DNA of 64,000 nt from Candidatus Micrarchaeota archaeon. GTDB lineage: Archaea > B1Sed10-29. A model generated the notes under the pieces. That model did not search any database. It had not been told where the DNA came from and saw only the letters and a list, made by a program, of their open reading frames with translations. The stretch lies in contig CAZOFO010000002.1 in NCBI GenBank assembly GCA_964579265.1, forward strand, positions 22,856-86,855, in the 5' to 3' direction. How positions within the stretch are numbered: position 1 is the stretch's first letter; each line of letters opens with the position of its first letter. The translations under genes and the position numbers were made by a program. Of the stretch, positions 19,177-26,697 are shown piece after piece.

Positions 19177-22100
19177 GCCCTTTTTTTCTGATTAAAAACA
19201 CTATTAAAGAAGAAGTCATTAAACCTAGGAAAATGAAGTAAAAATACTTATTAGATCTTAAATCTAAGTAAGAACCTGTTAGGTTTTTTTCTTCTTTAGA
19301 AAAATCTTTAATAGGTTCTTTTCTCATAGAAATATTTTCTATTACTTTAAAATATTTTTTCCGATGAGATCTACTGCACTGAACTTCTATTGAATGTTCC
19401 CCTTCTTCCATATTACTGTATCTTTTCCTTATTATATTCTCTTTTCTTTCTGGATTTTCCCATAACCCATTATTTATTCTAACAAAACAGTTTTCATCAT
19501 TTATTATCCTTGCTTTAAATTTGAAGGATTTATTTTCCTTTTCACTTGGTGAGATTATATTTATTTCACTTTTATGTTCTTTTGTTTCAGCTAGCTCTTC
19601 ATATTCCTTTTCCCATTTTTCTTCTATCGTTTTATTTTCTTCAAAACTTTCATTTTCTTCTTCATCATCTTCTTCTGAAGGAATCTCTATAGGGCTAATT
19701 GATCCGGATCCTCCTGAAGACCCTCCAGAACCTCCTCCGGAATCAGGAGGAGAAGTTTCATCTTCTTCAATTTCGAAAATTAATGTATGTTCATTAACCA
19801 CTGAGCTATTATGTTCAGATTCTAGCCAATATTCTACTTTATAGTGGTTTCCATTTGGGAGATCAAAGTTTTCTTGATTAAGTATATTTTCTCCCTTACT
19901 TAGATTTTTCCAATTGCTCCAGAAATCTATCTTAGTATTATTGGATTTATCTACTCCTAATCGAACTTTAAATTTGTTTTTGAAGGAACTATTATGGGTT
20001 TTATTACTTGTTTCATTCTTTTCATTATTAGAAATGTTTATCTTGAAATCTTTTAATTTGGATTTCTCTTTATAATTAGTATCCCAGGTTCTTGAGAACC
20101 AAGTACCAATATTTATATCCTCCAGATGAGTTTTTTGGAAATTAGAAATATTTCCATGATTATTCATGTTACTTTTATCATGTACTGTGTTATTTTTGAT
20201 TTTTTCCATTGTCCAAAATAAAGATTCATTTCCAATCGGAAAATACCTATATTTATACAGGTCTTCTATATTTTCTTTATTTAAAGAAAATTTATAGGTT
20301 CTTACATCATCTATTCTGCCTTTAAAATAGCTTTTATTTTGGTTTGAACCTCCAAGAGTAAGTTTAGATACATTTAATAGATCTATATATGAATTATTTA
20401 TTTTTTCAGTTTTCTTCAATTCATTATCTATGTATATTTTAGTTTTATTTTCATTTATAGAGGTAACTATATGTTGCCATTCATCTTTTTTTATTCCTGA
20501 AGATTCTATTTTAATTGATTTATTTTCTAATTCTCCCTCAGTATTTAAATAAAGTTTTAATTTTCCGTTTTTTATCCTTAGATTCTTTTTAGTTTTTCCT
20601 TCTTCAGAATCAATTTGTATTATCTCTTGTTCGGATTTATTATCTTGAAAGCGAATCCAGAAACTTGTGGAAAAGGTATTGTTTATTCCAGTAATGTTTT
20701 TAATGGAAACTTTAGTTTCATTAAATACAAGAGAACTGATTTTATTTGTCGTTAAAAACCCATCCTCTATCTCTATAAAATTATTGTGATCAGACCAGTA
20801 TTCCCAATCTTTTTGTGTTTCCTTCCTCCATTCTCCTGGGTTATTTTTTGTTCTAAATGACTTTATCTTTCCTTTATCATAATTACTCGTGTTACCTTGT
20901 TTTTCTTTAATCTTTGAATAAAATTCATAATGTGTATCGGGATCTAATTCTTTGATTGTTTGATTAAATCTTTTACTTTCTTTTATTGTTCCTAAAGAAA
21001 TATTTTTCCAATTTGAATTTTCTTTTTTCCAGTAAAAATAAGCTTCTTTTTCAGTTTCTTTATCAGTATCTAAGTCTCCATATAGTTCAGCAGATTCATT
21101 GGTAATATTTTTCGGATCAAGAGTTTTAGAGTTAAAATCTAGTTTTTTGTAAACATTTCCCTTTTCATTAACTATGTATTTTCCTTCTTCACTCCATTTT
21201 ATCTTTTCTCCACCATCTTCTATAGTTTTTATTTTTGTCCAATTTTGAGTTTCGTGAATATGGATATCACCATCACTGAAAGCTAGATATTTTTGATTAG
21301 GAGACCAACTTGGTTTCCCATACTCCTCAAATTCAGCTATTTCCGCATAGTTATTTTTACTATCTAGTACATGAGAACCTATAGAAAGATATCTATTATC
21401 TGGGCTGAATTCTATTCCTTTAATATCCCAATGTCCAGGCATTTCTGGAAAACCAGATCTTTCCCCCCACTCTGATATCCTAGTATGTTCTTCAGTTTCC
21501 CATATTGATAAAAACTCTTCTGATCTCCAGAAAACAACAAGAGAATCATTAGGAGATATTTCTAATTCGTCAATTACTAAGATGCTGTCTTTATCTCCCA
21601 TTTCAGAGTAATTCCATTTATTTTTAATAGAAATTTCAGGATTTTCTGATAAAAATAAGTAGTCATCACTATCTGATATGATGGCATTACCACCAACGAA
21701 CAAATTTTTACCTGAACTTAAGAAATTAACATGCTTATTATATACATAAGAAGATTTTCTTTCTAATTCAGGTGCTTCAAATACTCTTAGATTCTTTCTA
21801 GATCTTACATCTGTTGGATGAACTGAGTACATCCCTACTATCACTTCACCATCTAATGTAGTATCTAAACTATATACTGGATAAGTTTCAAGTTTATTTT
21901 TTTCTTTGATACTCCATTCTTCCTTTTCGTAAGATATTATCCAATAATAATCGTCTTCTTCTGTATTAGGGGTAGTAAACAAAGTTTTATTAGTGAATCC
22001 GAAAGTATTTCCGTAATTACTACTACCTTTGAATTCTTCTAAGGTTTCTTCAAGTGTAAAGCTGATTGAATTTTCTCCTAATCCCCAAGAAGCTTTTACA

Positions 22101-22708
22101 GGTTTTTCCGTATCTAAAACCTCTACTTCAATTTCTAAGGTTTTATTAGTCTCTTTTAACATTTTAGAGCTTTTATTTGTTTCAGAACTTTTTTTTGATA
22201 TTCTATCAGGTATTTTTTTAACATCATAATCTTTTACTCTATTTATTCTTAAAGGAATTTCTTCAAATTTGTTTCTTAGTCTTTTATATTCTTTTAAAGA
22301 AATTTTTTCCTCTCTAAACCTATAAAATTTTTCTTTAATTAACCTAGAATCTTTATAATATTCTTCTATGTTTTTTTCTTTATCTTGAATATCGTTATAA
22401 ATCAATTGACCAAAGCTCGTCTTAGAAAAATTTATTTCTATATTATATATTCCATCATCTATCTTTTCTTTGTTCTTATTTTCAATTCTAAAAGGATATG
22501 TATCTTCCCAATCTCCTGTTTCCTCATTATATTTTTGTATTTCTTCAGTCATCTGGTATTCTAAGGAAAGATGTTCTTCGGTTAGGGCAGATTCAAACTC
22601 TAAAGAAAGACCTATATTTAAGATAAAAGATAATAGGATAAGTGAGAGAAATATTTTTAGTTTTATTCCTCTTGTATTTGAATTATAGTTACAGTGGTTC
22701 AGGTTCAT
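19151..22708 (-). CDS. large cell-surface protein with PD40/TolB-like beta-propeller repeats and a LamG/concanavalin-like domain, C-terminal TM anchor
   Basis: 1185 aa. N-terminal hydrophobic signal (ILLSFILNIGLS). Repeated FSPDNRYLS / WSPNQKYLAFSDGD propeller-like motifs. LamG-like block WQHIVTSINENKTKIYIDNE...GRIDDVRTYKFSL. GGSGGSSGGSGS linker. C-terminal FIFLGLMTSSLIVFLIRKK anchor. Confidence 0.6.
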   Translation of the reverse strand: MNLNHCNYNSNTRGIKLKIFLSLILLSFILNIGLSLEFESALTEEHLSLEYQMTEEIQKYNEETGDWEDTYPFRIENKNKEKIDDGIYNIEINFSKTSFGQLIYNDIQDKEKNIEEYYKDSRLIKEKFYRFREEKISLKEYKRLRNKFEEIPLRINRVKDYDVKKIPDRISKKSSETNKSSKMLKETNKTLEIEVEVLDTEKPVKASWGLGENSISFTLEETLEEFKGSSNYGNTFGFTNKTLFTTPNTEEDDYYWIISYEKEEWSIKEKNKLETYPVYSLDTTLDGEVIVGMYSVHPTDVRSRKNLRVFEAPELERKSSYVYNKHVNFLSSGKNLFVGGNAIISDSDDYLFLSENPEISIKNKWNYSEMGDKDSILVIDELEISPNDSLVVFWRSEEFLSIWETEEHTRISEWGERSGFPEMPGHWDIKGIEFSPDNRYLSIGSHVLDSKNNYAEIAEFEEYGKPSWSPNQKYLAFSDGDIHIHETQNWTKIKTIEDGGEKIKWSEEGKYIVNEKGNVYKKLDFNSKTLDPKNITNESAELYGDLDTDKETEKEAYFYWKKENSNWKNISLGTIKESKRFNQTIKELDPDTHYEFYSKIKEKQGNTSNYDKGKIKSFRTKNNPGEWRKETQKDWEYWSDHNNFIEIEDGFLTTNKISSLVFNETKVSIKNITGINNTFSTSFWIRFQDNKSEQEIIQIDSEEGKTKKNLRIKNGKLKLYLNTEGELENKSIKIESSGIKKDEWQHIVTSINENKTKIYIDNELKKTEKINNSYIDLLNVSKLTLGGSNQNKSYFKGRIDDVRTYKFSLNKENIEDLYKYRYFPIGNESLFWTMEKIKNNTVHDKSNMNNHGNISNFQKTHLEDINIGTWFSRTWDTNYKEKSKLKDFKINISNNEKNETSNKTHNSSFKNKFKVRLGVDKSNNTKIDFWSNWKNLSKGENILNQENFDLPNGNHYKVEYWLESEHNSSVVNEHTLIFEIEEDETSPPDSGGGSGGSSGGSGSISPIEIPSEEDDEEENESFEENKTIEEKWEKEYEELAETKEHKSEINIISPSEKENKSFKFKARIINDENCFVRINNGLWENPERKENIIRKRYSNMEEGEHSIEVQCSRSHRKKYFKVIENISMRKEPIKDFSKEEKNLTGSYLDLRSNKYFYFIFLGLMTSSLIVFLIRKKGLKTHSFLS

Positions 22709-22772
22709 GTGTTATTTCTGGAAATCAGAGAAATAAAGTAATTTTTCCAAATTTTTAAGTTAATTCTAGTTT

Positions 22773-22795
22773 GTAGTGCCTAATGTAGTGCCTAA
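22773..22795 (+). promoter_or_regulatory. two tandem copies of GTAGTGCCTAA separated by 1 nt, downstream of an A/T-rich box
   Basis: atttttaagttaattctagtttGTAGTGCCTAAtGTAGTGCCTAAatc sits in the gap between the surface-protein gene and tRNA-Met. Confidence 0.5.
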
Positions 22796-22835
22796 ATCAA
22801 AGATTTGGAAAAAATTAAGAAAAAGGAAAGTAAAA

Positions 22836-22904
22836 GTGTCAGACCGCCTATCATTCTTCATCGGTGCCGCGGGATCCTCAGAATTAAAGGAATCATCATC
22901 CACA
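22836..22904 (-). ncRNA. candidate C/D-box sRNA (2'-O-methylation guide)
   Basis: Minus-strand read: ATGTGG-ATGATGA(C box)-TTCCTTTAATT-CTGA(D')-GGATCCCGCGGCACC-GATGAAG(C'-like)-AATGATAGGCGGT-CTGA(D box)-CAC. Total about 65 nt. A TATA box (CTTATATAAAAAGG) lies about 25 nt upstream on the same strand. Confidence 0.3.
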
Positions 22905-23015
22905 TATATTTTGATTTTACCTTTTTATATAAGGGTGATACTAAAGAAATACATAGAAAGAAAAACAAAAAATTCAATTTCTCTTTGTTTTTAGATGTTT
23001 TAAATAATACTATAA

Positions 23016-23090
23016 AGCGGGATAGGGCAGCCTGGAGTGCCCGACAGGCTCATAACCTGTAGGTCGGAGGTTCAAATCCTCTTCCCGCTA
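23016..23090 (+). tRNA. tRNA-Met (CAT) with an A1:U72 terminal pair
   Basis: AGCGGGA-TA-GGGC-AGCCTGGAGT-GCCC-G-ACAGG-CTCATAA-CCTGT-AGGTC-GGAGG-TTCAAAT-CCTCT-TCCCGCT-A. The anticodon stem has only two G:C pairs at 29-31, so it is not a canonical initiator. Confidence 0.85.
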
Positions 23091-23244
23091 TTTTAAATTT
23101 ATTGATATGAGTCAATGATGATTATAATTGGAAAAAAGAATTTTATGAATGAAGATTGAGAATATTTTGAGTTATTTTAGAAAGATTTGAATCTAGATAA
23201 TTTGAATTAATTGTTAGTATTTCAAAAGAAAAAATTAAATGAAA

Positions 23245-23265
23245 TAGGGGGTCACTTCCGGTATT
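23245..23265 (-). repeat. island repeat family 2, copy A (AATACCGGAAGTGACCCCC, minus orientation) followed by A/T-rich TATA-like sequence
   Basis: The reverse complement ACAATACCGGAAGTGACCCCCTATTTCATTTAATTTTTT aligns with copies at 23328, 24783 and 25075. Confidence 0.5.
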
Positions 23266-23327
23266 GTAATTTGTTTATTTCACTAAAAGAACTGATTATA
23301 TTAGTTTTTCAAATATTTTTCATCAGA

Positions 23328-23351
23328 GAGTGGCACCCCTGTTCCAGTATT
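23328..23351 (-). repeat. island repeat family 2, copy B (AATACTGGAACAGGGGTGCCACTC, minus orientation)
   Basis: The reverse complement AATACTGGAACAGGGGTGCCACTCTCTGATGAAAAATATTTG has the same AATACTGGAA + GGGGT..CA core as the other copies. Confidence 0.5.
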
Positions 23352-23617
23352 AACTATTTTTGGTTAGAAATAGATAATTTTTAATTTTAAAAAACAGTTC
23401 AAATTGTTTTTAATTATGTTTTAGAATATTAAAATCTTTATCTAAAGTATTGGAATAATATAATGTGTTTATTTTTTTATTAAAGGAAAATTAAGTTATT
23501 TGGATGTTTTTAGTTTATTAAGATGAAGTTATAATAATATAATACATAAATATATTTGTATAATATTTGCAGGAGTATTGAGTGTGTGTAATGTAAACTT
23601 GATTCTAGTAATATTAT

Positions 23618-24268
23618 TTATTTAGAAAGAGTTTTAATAAATTTAACTGCTTCATCTATATTTGAATCAAAAGGAAAGTCTTCTAAAATTGGTTCAACTT
23701 CATCTGAATATTCTAATGCTCTTTCGAGTAGTTTCGACTCTTTTTCATTAAATCCTTTACTATGGATCTTTACTCTTATTTTACCTTTATTCTTTTCATT
23801 ATTGTAACAATAAAAAAGATTCAAAATTTTCCAGAAGAAGTTTTTTATTTCTTTTTCTTCTAAAAATCTATAGAACATAGCTGTTAGATTTAAATTAACA
23901 TCTTTTAGTACTGGTAGATTGTAAAATTGTGATTCTTCTGATAAATAAAAGAAGTTTATTTGATATAATTCTTTTAAATTGCGTGGTTTTCTTTTTCTTT
24001 CTTTTTCATACTCTTTTTTTAGTAATTCTCTTGCTGAATCCCATATTTCATCTTCTTCAGTGTATTTAACAATTAAATTTTTTTCTAATAGATCTTTTAA
24101 CACTTTTTCCCTTATTCTATTAACTACTCTGTATGGATTGGTATTTGGATAGAAATCAGGAACTTCTTCTTTTAATTTTCTAACTATAGAAACTGGTGTT
24201 CTTGGTACTGGATATCTTAAGTAGTTTAAAGTTTCTTTCTTTGCTTTATTTATATTATAATTTACCAT
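23618..24268 (-). CDS. hypothetical protein encoded in the island
   Basis: 216-aa ORF with no recognisable motif. Codon usage is richer in T-ending codons than the core genes. Confidence 0.4.
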   Translation of the reverse strand: MVNYNINKAKKETLNYLRYPVPRTPVSIVRKLKEEVPDFYPNTNPYRVVNRIREKVLKDLLEKNLIVKYTEEDEIWDSARELLKKEYEKERKRKPRNLKELYQINFFYLSEESQFYNLPVLKDVNLNLTAMFYRFLEEKEIKNFFWKILNLFYCYNNEKNKGKIRVKIHSKGFNEKESKLLERALEYSDEVEPILEDFPFDSNIDEAVKFIKTLSK

Positions 24269-24411
24269 TATTTCATTTCTTTATTTTGAAATAATTGTTA
24301 TTATCCTAGTATTTAATGTTACATAAAACATGTAAGTTAAAATACTTTATTTTCGATATTTTCAAAGTGTTCAGAAAGAAGAAACTAAAAAGGCTTTAAA
24401 CTACTTTTTAT

Positions 24412-24714
24412 TTAGATTGAAGGTTTAATTGGTGGTTCTTCCGTATTTTCTTTTTTATTATTCTTTGTTATATTACTTCCAAGTAGAACTATATCTCCTA
24501 CTGATTCTACTCTATCGTATTTTATACTATCTTCTTTCATTATTCTTCTTAGTTCTCTTTTTCCAACATTCTTTAGTTCTTCTGTTATTAATCTTACTGC
24601 TTCTCCTTCTTCTGTGTCTATTACTATATCGTTTACTGTTCCAAGGAGTTCGCCTCCTTTTGAATAGATTGGTTTACCGTATATTTCTGATATTTTATTT
24701 GTCATATTTATCAA
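24412..24714 (-). CDS. PRC-barrel domain protein
   Basis: KISEIYGKPIYSKGGELLGTVNDIVIDTEEGEAVRLI fits the PRC-barrel pattern G..LG.V.D...D. Paralogous to 50192..50452. Confidence 0.5.
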   Translation of the reverse strand: MINMTNKISEIYGKPIYSKGGELLGTVNDIVIDTEEGEAVRLITEELKNVGKRELRRIMKEDSIKYDRVESVGDIVLLGSNITKNNKKENTEEPPIKPSI

Positions 24715-24782
24715 AATCTAAAAAGTACTCTTTACTTAAATACTTTTTCCTTGGTTTACTAGAAATCACACTGGAAAAAAGT

Positions 24783-24808
24783 AATACTGGAAGTAAGGGG
24801 TCACTGAG
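24783..24808 (+). repeat. island repeat family 2, copy C (AATACTGGAAGTAAGGGGTCACTGAG), directly upstream of a TATA box and the 11-mer
   Basis: Full context: AATACTGGAAGTAAGGGGTCACTGAG-ATATTTATAC-ttGTAGTGCCTAAgaattt-ATG, i.e. repeat, TATA box, 11-mer, start codon. Confidence 0.5.
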
Positions 24809-24820
24809 ATATTTATACTT

Positions 24821-24831
24821 GTAGTGCCTAA
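24821..24831 (+). promoter_or_regulatory. conserved 11-mer GTAGTGCCTAA, 6 nt before the ATG of the 59-aa ORF
   Basis: TATA box atatttatac lies 2 nt upstream. The layout is compatible with a leaderless or near-leaderless transcript. Confidence 0.5.
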
Positions 24832-24837
24832 GAATTT

Positions 24838-25017
24838 ATGATAGAAATGGTTTATGTGAGAAAGAAAAAAATAAATGGAAACGAATATTGGTACGCTTCG
24901 AAGACTAAAAGGAAAGATGGGAAGGTTAAACAGGAAACAGTTGCTTATATAGGCCCATGTAGAAAAATAAACTATGGAGAAGCTAAAAAAATAGCTAGGG
25001 AAAAATCGGAAGACTAA
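24838..25017 (+). CDS. 59-aa ORF resembling the N-terminal fragment of an SSV-type partitioned integrase (int(N))
   Basis: MIEMVYVRKKKINGNEYWYASKTKRKDGKVKQETVAYIGPCRKINYGEAKKIAREKSED. The aromatic-x-Y ... [DN]G[KE]VK[QE]..Y[IV]GP pattern resembles SSV1 Int residues about 20-45, from memory. The ORF falls below the 60-aa cutoff of the ORF track. Confidence 0.3.
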   Translation: MIEMVYVRKKKINGNEYWYASKTKRKDGKVKQETVAYIGPCRKINYGEAKKIAREKSED

Positions 25018-25074
25018 AAGAGTTATCATTATATTTAATTTAAATACTATTTATTTCCATTTTTATAGTTTAAG

Positions 25075-25101
25075 AATACTGGAAGTGAGGGGGTGTCATA
25101 C
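25075..25101 (+). repeat. island repeat family 2, copy D (AATACTGGAAGTGAGGGGGTGTCATAC) followed by a TATA-like box
   Basis: AATACTGGAAGTGAGGGGGTGTCATAC-TATTTAAAT. No 11-mer and no long ORF follow this copy. Confidence 0.45.
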
Positions 25102-25158
25102 TATTTAAATTTTTTCCAAAGTAATAGCATAGAAAATGTTTAGATCCTTTCAAAACTT

Positions 25159-25743
25159 TCATTTACCCTCAAAATTTAATAATTCTTCTTTATCCATATT
25201 AAGTCGATAGAAGACTTTTCTACCTACTCTTTTCTTAGAAAGGTAATTAGCTTTAAATAAGGTATTTAATAGTTCTGAACATCTATTACGGCTTAGTCCG
25301 AGTTCTTCTGATAATTCTGAAGAATCTAATTCTCCTTTTTCTCCAACTATCTCAAGTATCTGTCGAAGTCTAGGCGACAGATTCGACACTTTTCGAGACT
25401 TTGTCGAGACCTGTCGCGACTCATCTCGACCTTCTAGATCTTCATTTTTACTTATTTCAACCATCCAATCTAGCATATCTTCGTATAATTCTTTTATTTC
25501 TAATAGTTCATCTATTTTTTTATTCATTTCCCAGAGTAATTCTCTTTCTTGTATGGTTTTCTCCTTCTTACTATCTTCTTTTAGTTTTTGAACTGTTAAA
25601 GCTCCTTCTTCTGATTTTTCATAGTTTTTATTAGTAGAATTAGCTTCTTTATCTTCTATTAGCTTCTTTTTTTCTTTTTTAAGATCTTTATCTTCTTTTT
25701 CGTTTTTGAATAGAGATTTGAGAAAAGGGAACAGACCCCTCAC
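25159..25743 (-). CDS. winged-helix transcriptional regulator of the island, GTG start
   Basis: C-terminal wHTH LSPRLRQILEIVGEKGELDSSELSEELGLSRNRCSELLNTLFKANYLSKKRVGRKVFYRLN. The GTG start lies inside a GTGAGGGGTC sequence that matches the family-2 core. Confidence 0.5.
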   Translation of the reverse strand: MRGLFPFLKSLFKNEKEDKDLKKEKKKLIEDKEANSTNKNYEKSEEGALTVQKLKEDSKKEKTIQERELLWEMNKKIDELLEIKELYEDMLDWMVEISKNEDLEGRDESRQVSTKSRKVSNLSPRLRQILEIVGEKGELDSSELSEELGLSRNRCSELLNTLFKANYLSKKRVGRKVFYRLNMDKEELLNFEGK

Positions 25744-25833
25744 CCCCTGCGTCGCTCTGCGGCACTATCTATGATTATTATCTCACACATACTTAAATAC
25801 TTTTGGTTGTTTTTCTCTTTCATATACTCCAAT

Positions 25834-25844
25834 GTAGTGCCTAA
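25834..25844 (+). promoter_or_regulatory. GTAGTGCCTAA copy 1 of 4 in the 650-bp non-coding stretch
   Basis: Context: ttcatatactccaatGTAGTGCCTAAaaa. Confidence 0.45.
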
Positions 25845-25893
25845 AAATTTCTTTTAATTGGATTTTCTCTATTCTAGTATAATTTACTCACGT

Positions 25894-25904
25894 GTAGTGC
25901 CTAA
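25894..25904 (+). promoter_or_regulatory. GTAGTGCCTAA copy 2 of 4 (extended unit ctcacgtGTAGTGCCTAAaa)
   Basis: Context: agtataatttactcacgtGTAGTGCCTAAaa. Confidence 0.45.
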
Positions 25905-25997
25905 AATTATTTCTTTTTAGCTCCTCACACACCCCTAACCTTCCTATTTTCATCATTTCACTGTATTTGCCTTGGATCCATCCAAAATTCCTCACGT

Positions 25998-26008
25998 GTA
26001 GTGCCTAA
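25998..26008 (+). promoter_or_regulatory. GTAGTGCCTAA copy 3 of 4 (same 20-nt extended unit as copy 2)
   Basis: Context: ccaaaattcctcacgtGTAGTGCCTAAaa. Confidence 0.45.
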
Positions 26009-26099
26009 AACCGCTGTTTTTTAGCATTTTTGAAGGTATGTAGGGGGATCTTTAGCTTTACTTCTTGTTTTTTCCTGGTTTTTGTTTTTCTTCTTACAT

Positions 26100-26110
26100 G
26101 TAGTGCCTAA
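26100..26110 (+). promoter_or_regulatory. GTAGTGCCTAA copy 4 of 4
   Basis: Context: cttcttacatGTAGTGCCTAAaat, followed by a T-rich low-complexity tract up to 26370. Confidence 0.45.
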
Positions 26111-26370
26111 AATATCTCTATTTCTGTTGATTCTCATTTTTTTGTTTTTTCTGAATTTCTTCTTTTTTCAGATTTTTTCTTTTGATTTTGAATTTTTTGT
26201 TTTGCTCTCACGTTTTTTCCATTCTCTTGTTAACTATGTTTTATATTATCTTGTTTAATTGTTTTTTGTTGTATTTTTGCAGATATCAAACTTATTTATT
26301 ATTACATATTATAAGTTTTTGAATACAAAGGTTTAAATATAATAAATGTTTTTTATATGTTAGAATCGAG

Positions 26371-26697
26371 GTGATACCTATGTTAACCCCCATTTTCTTT
26401 AAGGAAAAACCAGTGCGAGCCCTTGCCTCTTTGGCCAATGATGACAAAGCTTGGTACGCTTCCTTATTAGCAAAGGAAATAGACTGTACTCGCCCACATA
26501 TGAATAATATCTTAGATAAATTCCATAAACATAATTTAATAGAGACTGAAGAAGAAGGAAGGATAAAAAGGATATCTCTAACATCTCAAGGCGAGGATTT
26601 AGCAATAGAATTCCAAAATTTGCTTAGAAGAATGGAAAGAATTGATGAAAAATCTCAAATGGAGCCAGAGAGCGAAGGGGAATCAGATGAAGAATAA
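26371..26697 (+). CDS. winged-helix DNA-binding regulator
   Basis: WYASLLAKEIDCTRPHMNNILDKFHKHNLIETEEEGRIKRISLTSQGEDLA is a wHTH (MarR/PadR-like) signature. Acidic C-terminal tail. Confidence 0.5.
   Translation: MIPMLTPIFFKEKPVRALASLANDDKAWYASLLAKEIDCTRPHMNNILDKFHKHNLIETEEEGRIKRISLTSQGEDLAIEFQNLLRRMERIDEKSQMEPESEGESDEE

Larger units (their letters stand above)
23091..26370. mobile_element. putative remnant of an integrated element / variable island directly downstream of tRNA-Met
   Basis: About 3.3 kb of low coding density and extreme AT-richness. Genes run opposite to their neighbours with T-ending codon preference. Two private repeat families, several winged-helix regulators and a 59-aa ORF resembling an SSV-type int(N) fragment are present. 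No intact integrase and no obvious direct repeat of the tRNA 3' end were found. Confidence 0.35.

Noticed and set aside
19151-22708. Diversity-generating retroelement targeting the lectin-like surface protein
   Set aside because: No reverse transcriptase gene and no template/variable repeat pair are detectable in the window.
22776-23062. Two small plus-strand ORFs (72 and 85 aa) between the surface-protein gene and the island
   Set aside because: They overlap the tRNA-Met gene and its promoter and the candidate sRNA locus. They have no coding-like composition.
25834-26110. Possible CRISPR array suggested by four repeated units in a non-coding stretch
   Set aside because: The conserved unit is only 11-20 nt. 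Spacing is irregular (60, 104, 102 bp). No cas genes are nearby and identical copies are dispersed next to promoters across the window.
23091-26370. Intact tyrosine-recombinase integrase or an attL/attR direct repeat of the tRNA-Met 3' half
   Set aside because: No ORF with R..H..R..Y recombinase motifs was found. No second copy of the tRNA 3' segment was detected by eye. The island is therefore called a remnant at low confidence only.
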